DNA from: a virus
Lineage: Duplodnaviria; Caudoviricetes
DNA length: 60,814 bases
IMG/VR virus record: IMGVR_UViG_3300025168_000090
Span: 1-60,814 of that record
Reading direction: 5' to 3' (one strand)
The notes beneath the pieces were generated by a model that was given only the letters and a program-made list of their open reading frames with translations, did not search any database and was not told where the DNA came from. The translations under genes were made by a program, and so were the position numbers. Shown piece by piece: positions 9,620 to 16,691 of this stretch (positions within the stretch are counted from its first letter, which is position 1; the number at the start of each line of letters is the position of its first letter).

Positions 9620-10858
9620 TTATGATTTTTTTATTAATTCTCTATACCACTCCGCTCTTTCTTTGGTGATATACTCTAGTGTGTAATATGGAAAGACCGT
9701 CTCATATAACTTTTCCCCCAAATCAGTAACTAGATTAGGGTTATCAATTAGTCTTTTCATATGCTGATACCATAATTTATGGTTTTTAGCTTTTGGTACC
9801 ATTAAAGCGTTTCCTTTAGGGTTAATACCACCCCCTTTTTCTAAAGCATTTATACAGTCTATACTATATGGGCCATAATCTTGAACGATTAAAGCCTTTT
9901 TATGTATACCAGCCTCAATTACCTTTAGTTGTGACTTAACCCTATTAAAAATATGTTCTTTTAATGGAGCAATACTAATATCAAAATTATTGTAGTTAGA
10001 AGCGTAAGTGGTTATAGGTTTAGTCCAAACCCTACGATAATTAGAATCTTCTGTACCAGAAATTTGTTTTTTCTTAAAACTTAACAATTCTGATTTATAT
10101 GAGTCATCACCAATAATCCTATAATTGTCGGTAAAAAGTTGTTCGTATTTGTACCACACAGACTCTTTAGGTGTTATAGGTCTTTGTCTTTGTTTACCAG
10201 TACTTTGGTCAATTTCTGTCATAGTACCACGTAAATCGTAACCACATAAAATAGTTTGGAATTTATCTTTCCTATCATTATATAATCTCCCAAATACACC
10301 ATTAAGAATTTGTAAATCAGCAATGTGTGAAGAGCCACCCAACCAACCTATTCTAACCTTATTAGATTTAGTGGGGTTTGGTACGTATTGTTTTTCTTTA
10401 TGGTCTACTCCGTTAGGGTAAACAAACACATTTTTATTTAGTTTAGTAATTTCTTGAGCAAACTCCTTTGTTGTGGTTGTTACACAATGAGCAAATCTGA
10501 TATTATCTTTTATTTTTTCATCTATTTTTTGTTGTTTAACAATTTGGTGTGCTGGATGGTCAGATGTTGGTAACCAATAGTCGTCTAAATCCATAATGTG
10601 AGGTATTCCCCACTTAGTTAGTCTTTGAGCTAGAGCTTTCGATGCCTCATAGTCAGGACCAATTGCACGATGATAGTGAATTAAGTCATAACCCTTCCAG
10701 AACGCATCATCATAATATGGTGGTTCATAAACGATATCAACCCAAAATTCATCTGGGTACATTTCTTGTAGATAAGTGTGGGGGTCAACTGACCTAAATT
10801 TTGAAACCCCTGTTCGGTCAGAAGGGATTACACATATTTTATATTTAGTATTTGTCAT
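9620..10858 (-). CDS. GT-B fold glycosyltransferase (GT4-like); start revised to MTNTKY
   Basis: MDLDDYW, VTTTT..FA, VYPNGVD, RIGWLGGSSH..D, FDISIAPL..FNRVKSQLKVIEAG. Confidence 0.85.
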   Translation of the reverse strand: MTNTKYKICVIPSDRTGVSKFRSVDPHTYLQEMYPDEFWVDIVYEPPYYDDAFWKGYDLIHYHRAIGPDYEASKALAQRLTKWGIPHIMDLDDYWLPTSDHPAHQIVKQQKIDEKIKDNIRFAHCVTTTTKEFAQEITKLNKNVFVYPNGVDHKEKQYVPNPTKSNKVRIGWLGGSSHIADLQILNGVFGRLYNDRKDKFQTILCGYDLRGTMTEIDQSTGKQRQRPITPKESVWYKYEQLFTDNYRIIGDDSYKSELLSFKKKQISGTEDSNYRRVWTKPITTYASNYNNFDISIAPLKEHIFNRVKSQLKVIEAGIHKKALIVQDYGPYSIDCINALEKGGGINPKGNALMVPKAKNHKLWYQHMKRLIDNPNLVTDLGEKLYETVFPYYTLEYITKERAEWYRELIKKS

Positions 10859-10864
10859 GACAAA

Positions 10865-10893
10865 ATAATAAAACAAAAATATAAATATGTCAA
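10865..10893 (-). promoter_or_regulatory. Composite promoter for the glycan operon: TTGACA-N17-TATTAT with a TATTTATA late motif in the spacer
   Basis: Minus strand reads TTGACA TATTTATATTTTTGTTT TATTAT, 6 nt before ATG at 10858. Confidence 0.55.
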
Positions 10894-10912
10894 AGGGTTG
10901 TTGGGATAAAAA

Positions 10913-11536
10913 TTACTTTACAGATTTACTAGAAGTAATTTTACCATAAAAAATCCTATCACCGACACGAAATTGAAAATTTTCATCAGATTCTTTTTTT
11001 AAACCAATAGTTTCGTCTAATAATTCTTTAACCGATTCTTTAATAATAGATTTAAGGTTGGATGAAGTAATTTTTTTGGTTTTAGGTTGTGACATCTGTG
11101 TAGATGTTGAAGGTTGAGCTTGTTGTTGTGTATTAGGGCTTGATGTTGGTATGTTTTGTTTGTCCATCTGTTCTTTTACACCAGCAACAAAATCATTATT
11201 TAAGGTGAGACCACCTTGGAAAGGTATTTCCGGTATTGGGTTATCTATCATGGCCTGTTTAATGGCGTCTGGTAGTCTAGAACTCCTGATTCTTTCTTCT
11301 GTCATATTTTTTTTAGGTGACAAGTCCTGTCTTGCACTATCGTCTGCTTGTGGGATTTGTGGTAGTGGTTGCACTGGTGGTAACCTGTGTTCATTAATAC
11401 CCGGTACTGATGAGTGTGATGTAAGTTCTGATATAGTCTGGTTACCTTTAGTAGCGATAAAATCTCCAGATTCTACTTTACCCATAACTTTTTTCGCGTT
11501 GATTAGTGATTGTTGTAATGTTGTAATATTTGCCAT
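10913..11536 (-). CDS. Hypothetical protein (probable virion/internal protein)
   Basis: Full ORF in the late operon; KITSSNLKSIIKESVKELLDE motif shared with other putative internal proteins. Confidence 0.6.
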   Translation of the reverse strand: MANITTLQQSLINAKKVMGKVESGDFIATKGNQTISELTSHSSVPGINEHRLPPVQPLPQIPQADDSARQDLSPKKNMTEERIRSSRLPDAIKQAMIDNPIPEIPFQGGLTLNNDFVAGVKEQMDKQNIPTSSPNTQQQAQPSTSTQMSQPKTKKITSSNLKSIIKESVKELLDETIGLKKESDENFQFRVGDRIFYGKITSSKSVK

Positions 11537-11538
11537 TT

Positions 11539-11940
11539 TTAAAATTTTGAATTGTATATCATTCGTGTCATAGAATTATCTCCCATAGGATTATATAGTG
11601 GTGGTTCGTTAAAAGTCAAGAATAAACTACCATCACCTTTTTTAGGAATCATACTTTTAACCCTATCTACCCTAAATAATCTCCAATCTGGTAAAGGAAC
11701 TCCTTTTTCGTTAACTTTTAATGACGGACCTGATGTTTGGTACGCTCTTATAACCGGGTTACCTTTTTTGGAGTATCCATACGCTACCGGTTCAATCGTA
11801 CGTACTTGTCCACCATTTGGTAGTTTCTCATCGTCTAAATAACGTAAATCACAAGTATGTTTATTTGTGATAGCATCCTTTATTACACTATTAGAAACAC
11901 CTTCAGTTATTAAAGATATTAAAGAGTTAATTAGGTTCAT
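11539..11940 (-). CDS. Stand-alone WYL-domain protein
   Basis: LRY...RTIEPVAYG...RAYQ...WRLFRVDRVKS matches the WYL core; no HTH domain. Confidence 0.8.
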   Translation of the reverse strand: MNLINSLISLITEGVSNSVIKDAITNKHTCDLRYLDDEKLPNGGQVRTIEPVAYGYSKKGNPVIRAYQTSGPSLKVNEKGVPLPDWRLFRVDRVKSMIPKKGDGSLFLTFNEPPLYNPMGDNSMTRMIYNSKF

Positions 11941-11942
11941 AT

Positions 11943-12299
11943 CTATGCTGGTGGTGTACTGGTAGTGGTTTCAAATCCAGGCCCTGAATCTATGTTACCT
12001 GCACTATATTCATTTTCTCTACCGTATAAATTAGTTTTTAAATTGTTAATTCTTCCTGTATTAACTTCACCATTACCCATAATATCAGTCCTAGTACCTA
12101 TGTCCTCACCGAAAACATCTAAAAATACACTATTACCCCTACCTTTATCGTCACCATTAGCCAACGCGTTTGGGTGATTTGGACTATACCCATCACTATC
12201 GGATACTGGATAAACATTTTTAACTAAGTTTTGTTTTCTAAATTGTTCACTCATTTGAGTTAATGATTCTCCTGGTTTGTTTTGATTAAAATCTGCCAT
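11943..12299 (-). CDS. Hypothetical protein
   Basis: ORF tightly packed in the operon; YSPNHPNALANGDDKGRG segment. Confidence 0.65.
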   Translation of the reverse strand: MADFNQNKPGESLTQMSEQFRKQNLVKNVYPVSDSDGYSPNHPNALANGDDKGRGNSVFLDVFGEDIGTRTDIMGNGEVNTGRINNLKTNLYGRENEYSAGNIDSGPGFETTTSTPPA

Positions 12300-12305
12300 A
12301 ATTTT

Positions 12306-12761
12306 TTATTTTAATAATTGTTTTATTCTATCTATCTCTTCATAAATAGCTCTGTTATTGTTAATATCTTCCGATTTACTAGAAATTTTTATTTTTCTAA
12401 CTTTTGTCGGATTTTTACTTTTATCTTTTGTGTGTGTTTTTTTAAATACGTTTTCTTGTCCAGCGTCCTGCCTAATTTTTTTAGAGTGGTGAATACTATC
12501 GCGTCTACCATCTAAAGAATTATTTATAAAGTCCAACATATCATCACCACCCACCACTTCATAGTCCCTATCCTCTAAATCATTCTCCAATTCATGTTTA
12601 AACTTCTTAGCTTGGGAATACGTCAATTCCGGATTGTCTACTAAATTTTTACACCTTTTATACCCTTTTTGATTAGGACTAAGACTATTAAACATACTGC
12701 TTAATTTTTCTTTTAACTCTTCAGGTAAAGAGTACCTATCGTTTTTTAAATCTTTATTCAT
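12306..12761 (-). CDS. Hypothetical protein (probable internal head protein)
   Basis: ORF in the operon; C-terminal IYEEIDRIKQLLK motif. Confidence 0.65.
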   Translation of the reverse strand: MNKDLKNDRYSLPEELKEKLSSMFNSLSPNQKGYKRCKNLVDNPELTYSQAKKFKHELENDLEDRDYEVVGGDDMLDFINNSLDGRRDSIHHSKKIRQDAGQENVFKKTHTKDKSKNPTKVRKIKISSKSEDINNNRAIYEEIDRIKQLLK

Positions 12762-13602
12762 TATCCCAAGTTTCCCTTACCTTAGAAATTAAATCATCTA
12801 AACTTTTATCTCTTTTATAGTAATCTACAAGTTTTTTTAACTTACCATCCATTATATCAATAGGGTCTTTTGTTATCTCACCAGACGAGGACCGCTTAGA
12901 CAGAATAACCTCAATCATGTCACGAGCCCTATCTTCCGCAATTTTTTTTAGTTTTTCTTTTTCAGTAATTCTTTGTCTAGTAAAAGAACCGTTAACTTTT
13001 TCAGTTTCTAATTTTTTAGGACCTCTTTCACGTTCAACTCTCTCTACAGCTTCATCTTTTTCCATATCTAGGTCGTCTTCATAATAATCAACAGCATCAT
13101 CAAAAGATAGTTGGTCGGTTTCCTCAAACCCTAAAATAGAACTTTTATCACCTTCTATAACTTCTTCTACAGATTCACCCCAATATCTTCTAAAGTAATG
13201 TCCAGCACCACTCCACGTACCTGATTGTCTAGTTGCTGGAACTACTTGGTCTGTAGTTTTTTTAGAACTCATTGTTTTATTGTCCGTAGTGCCCATCGGT
13301 ATCTTACTACTCATAATAGAACCATCATAGTCCACCAACTCCTCAATCTCTTCCTCAGTTTCTTCTTCTTCCTCATCTAAAATCTCATCAATCATTTTTA
13401 AATAATCCTCATCTGTATTCATTTTAGCTATTTCATTTAAACACACAGCGTTAAAACGTTCAGAAACAGGCTCAATCTTAAACTTAAAAATTTCCGAAAG
13501 TTCTAAAAACTCAGTTGGTGAAACCGACTTATTTTCTAAAATACTTTTTTTAATCGTCTTTAATTTCTCGACAACATATGTAAGTGCTTCATTTCTTTTC
13601 AT
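12754..13602 (-). CDS. Hypothetical acidic protein (late)
   Basis: 282-aa ORF preceded by TATTTATA. Confidence 0.7.
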   Translation of the reverse strand: MKRNEALTYVVEKLKTIKKSILENKSVSPTEFLELSEIFKFKIEPVSERFNAVCLNEIAKMNTDEDYLKMIDEILDEEEEETEEEIEELVDYDGSIMSSKIPMGTTDNKTMSSKKTTDQVVPATRQSGTWSGAGHYFRRYWGESVEEVIEGDKSSILGFEETDQLSFDDAVDYYEDDLDMEKDEAVERVERERGPKKLETEKVNGSFTRQRITEKEKLKKIAEDRARDMIEVILSKRSSSGEITKDPIDIMDGKLKKLVDYYKRDKSLDDLISKVRETWDNE

Positions 13603-13610
13603 ATTCCTTT

Positions 13611-13648
13611 TATAAATAAATATCTAAACCAATCAAATAGTATTTATT
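13611..13648. promoter_or_regulatory. Back-to-back putative late promoters (TATTTATA on minus at 13611-13618; TATTTATT on plus at 13641-13648)
   Basis: The same motif sits on the sense strand of each divergent gene and recurs before many structural genes. Confidence 0.6.
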
Positions 13649-13652
13649 AATA

Positions 13653-16220
13653 ATGGGAACACAAAATTTAAATAACTTTTACTTTAATAGATTAGACGCT
13701 AAAATAAATTATAGTTCGTATTATGATTTATTTTTAGCTTCGGATGAGAAAGACTTTAATCAACAAGTAGTTTATTCTACGAACATCATTGACTATAATG
13801 ATGGTGATAAATTACCGGTGTGGATTGACTTAAATTCAACAGAGAGCAGTGACCAACCAACAACTGATTGTTTTTTTCAGTACCCCACAGCTAGTACATC
13901 TACTTATTATGCAGATAATAGGTTTAGACCATTTGTTGTTTTAAGTAAAAATCAGTGGTCAAAAGCAAAATCACAATGTGATTGTCCTGTTGGTCTTTCT
14001 AAATTTAGAATATGTGACGGAGCATGGACTAATACTGACAACGGATTGAATAATGTTACTGATGTTGATAATAGTTGTATTACTTTATGGGATAATTTAC
14101 CTCCCGTTAACACATTTGATATTTTTGCGTACGACAAAAGATTCAAAATGCACCAGGTAAAAGCTTTTGGTTTAGTTCCATTCATATGGGGTGCTAATAC
14201 TTGGTGGACCGATACTACCATACTAAATAAGTCGGATTCTTCTGGTTATTACCAGGAACTTTGTGGTGGATTTTACCAAGGGTTTTATAAATTGTACGGA
14301 TATCCTTATGAGGTATTACCTACTAGACCTAATAAAGGTTGGTCTTTTGAGGGTTATTTAAAATTAAAAACTATTGGGGACACTTTGGTTGGGCCTATCA
14401 GTAATCAACAACAAAGTGGTGGTGTCTACGGTAATTGTTACAATACTAGTGGGTTTAATCTATTTGGTCCTTATGTCTATAGTAGAAGCGGTGCCACTTG
14501 CTGTTCACCAATCGTAGCTGGGTGGCCAAGATACCAACTAAATTATAGCAGTAGAGGTATAGGGACTATAACTCCAGGAAAAACTGATAAGTACGGTTAT
14601 TTCTTTTATAAAGGTGTACGAGCAGAAGATAAATATTTTCACGGAACGGATACCCCACCACTAACCGGTTGTACCACTTTGAGTGGGCAAACAGATTGTT
14701 GTGATAAAATTGCAGAACCGGTAAAAGTAACAGGACAAAACAAATCACCAAGTGCAGAATATGATGTATATAGTAATGCTATAGGTTTTAGAATTACTGA
14801 TGATATGAGAATTGGGTATAAAACTATTAGATATACTGGTAGTTGTATAACCACAGGAGAAACCTGTAATACTGGTTTAACATTTGATTGTGGGTATACC
14901 ATAGAAGAAAGTTATTCAGACCCTATATGTGCTTACATAACTAAAAGTGGTACATGTGCAGACACATGGATTCAAGTAGACGTAGTGTTTAATCGTTATC
15001 ACAATCTAGAAGATTGTGAAATTTTTAATAACGGGGGCATAAACGACCTAGTTAAAGTAAGGATAGATAAGTTTGAAAGATACGGAACACATAAAAATAG
15101 TAATAGTGGACCTTTCGGGTGTCACCCCACCCACACTACAGAAACAAAACCATGTAAAGATGAGTACCCTAGATTTATTGAGGACGCTTATTTTAATTGG
15201 GATTGTCGTGGTGCACAAGTACAAAAATGGTTTGATGAGGGGGAATATCGACTAGGTACTCTAACATTCTACATTAACGGTAGAAGAGTCCACAAAGTAA
15301 AAGACTACGAAGAAATAATACCAAGACAACTAAATACAAATAAACAAACCCAAGTTGGTGTCGCGTATAATATGTCTTGGGGTGGTGGAGCTTTAGGATT
15401 ACGAGAAGTCCTATATCCAAAAAGTTGTGACGTACAAAACCCAAACACTGTTTGGAAAACTCAATCCCAAAACGCAGACCAAAAATTAATAATGAACAAT
15501 TTTGCTGGTTCATTTATTGGGGGTATATCACAGATGATGTATTATATTAAACCTTTAACACCAGATGAAATTTATCATAATTTTTTAATTAATAGGGATA
15601 GGTATTCCTTGGTTGATTGTGAGGAATGTAAGAATTGTGATGATGGGTGTATTGATTGTGAACTACCAACACCACCAGCTCAACCACCCACAGAACCACC
15701 AACCCCAACAGCGTTATCCTGTCCTGTAACAGATATAACAACATCATCCACATGTAATAATAAATCTTACGCGGGGGTATTTGATGTTGACCCAGTTACA
15801 TTGGATTTTTATATTAACCCATTGACTCTATATACTGGAGAGAATAATGGTCCTGTAAACTTTTGGCAGAACGCACCTTTTGGAAATTGGTTTTTTGAAT
15901 TCACTAACGACGACCTCCTCCCAGATTATCCGGGACAGGACCTACAAGACGCTTGTTACGATGGAAATGGTTCTAAATATTGTACTGGAATTGAAAACGG
16001 GGGTACGCATTGGATGTGGTACCCAACTGTTATTAGGGTCTCGTTCAATGGTACTATCAAAACTTTTAGTGAGGATAATACGTGGACCGATATTATAAAC
16101 TACCTAGATTTACAAGGGGCTCCAGTATCTAATACGATGACTTTAGAAGAAGTTAACACACTGGCCCCGGATGATTTAACTGTTGTTCTAAACGGGATGG
16201 AACCGTGCCTTTGTGATTAA
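13653..16220 (+). CDS. Large Cys-rich putative virion protein with a LamG/ConA-like beta-sandwich
   Basis: GWSFEGYLK, WIQVDVVF, LTFYINGR, FIGGISQMMYYIKPLTPDEIYHNF resemble LamG strands; Pro/Thr linker; late motif upstream. Confidence 0.6.
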   Translation: MGTQNLNNFYFNRLDAKINYSSYYDLFLASDEKDFNQQVVYSTNIIDYNDGDKLPVWIDLNSTESSDQPTTDCFFQYPTASTSTYYADNRFRPFVVLSKNQWSKAKSQCDCPVGLSKFRICDGAWTNTDNGLNNVTDVDNSCITLWDNLPPVNTFDIFAYDKRFKMHQVKAFGLVPFIWGANTWWTDTTILNKSDSSGYYQELCGGFYQGFYKLYGYPYEVLPTRPNKGWSFEGYLKLKTIGDTLVGPISNQQQSGGVYGNCYNTSGFNLFGPYVYSRSGATCCSPIVAGWPRYQLNYSSRGIGTITPGKTDKYGYFFYKGVRAEDKYFHGTDTPPLTGCTTLSGQTDCCDKIAEPVKVTGQNKSPSAEYDVYSNAIGFRITDDMRIGYKTIRYTGSCITTGETCNTGLTFDCGYTIEESYSDPICAYITKSGTCADTWIQVDVVFNRYHNLEDCEIFNNGGINDLVKVRIDKFERYGTHKNSNSGPFGCHPTHTTETKPCKDEYPRFIEDAYFNWDCRGAQVQKWFDEGEYRLGTLTFYINGRRVHKVKDYEEIIPRQLNTNKQTQVGVAYNMSWGGGALGLREVLYPKSCDVQNPNTVWKTQSQNADQKLIMNNFAGSFIGGISQMMYYIKPLTPDEIYHNFLINRDRYSLVDCEECKNCDDGCIDCELPTPPAQPPTEPPTPTALSCPVTDITTSSTCNNKSYAGVFDVDPVTLDFYINPLTLYTGENNGPVNFWQNAPFGNWFFEFTNDDLLPDYPGQDLQDACYDGNGSKYCTGIENGGTHWMWYPTVIRVSFNGTIKTFSEDNTWTDIINYLDLQGAPVSNTMTLEEVNTLAPDDLTVVLNGMEPCLCD

Positions 16221-16232
16221 TAATATATATGA

Positions 16233-16240
16233 TATTTATA
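16233..16240 (+). promoter_or_regulatory. Putative late promoter motif TATTTATA
   Basis: 14 nt upstream of ATG 16255. Confidence 0.5.
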
Positions 16241-16254
16241 ATAAAATAGGATAA

Positions 16255-16635
16255 ATGGAATTTTTCATCAGACAACACTCAATAGAACCAGTACTTAAAA
16301 TGCAGTTGGTACAAGACGGTAGAAACGACTTTAAGGATTTTCACGATAAGTTAAGTAACTCATCAATATACTTTTCTATGAAAGACATTTCTACAGGTGT
16401 ACCCAAAGTCCTTAATAGACCAGCTGGAATCGTATCAAAAACCCCAACATCAGTAAATTCACCGGTAGAATATTATGTTTTTTATAAATGGAGTGCAAAA
16501 GACGTTAAAAAAACTGGAAGATTCGAAGGACAATTCGTAATATATTTTCATGACGATAACACAGAACTAATAGTCCCTATAAGAGAAGATTTATACATTA
16601 ACATTACCGAATCCTTTGTTAAATCTCCTTGTTAA
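16255..16635 (+). CDS. Putative virion protein, BppU N-terminal-like domain
   Basis: MEFFIRQ..P.LKMQL, YVFYKWSAKDVKKTGRFEGQFVIYF, L..P...L.I.I pattern. Confidence 0.55.
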   Translation: MEFFIRQHSIEPVLKMQLVQDGRNDFKDFHDKLSNSSIYFSMKDISTGVPKVLNRPAGIVSKTPTSVNSPVEYYVFYKWSAKDVKKTGRFEGQFVIYFHDDNTELIVPIREDLYINITESFVKSPC

Positions 16636-16640
16636 ATTTA

Positions 16641-16672
16641 TTTGATTAACCCCACATTATTATCTATATTTA
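16641..16672 (+). promoter_or_regulatory. Host-type (Bacteroidota-like) promoter TTTG-N20-TATATTTA
   Basis: Directly upstream of the DNA polymerase gene; one mismatch to TAnnTTTG. Confidence 0.5.
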
Positions 16673-16691
16673 GACATAAACTTATTACTAT

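Noticed and set aside
1-10858. Bacterial chromosomal LPS/capsule locus with an adjacent prophage
   Set aside because: No wzx, wzy or wzz genes; the operon is continuous with phage-type genes, has similar composition and the same late motif, and shows no att or integrase boundary
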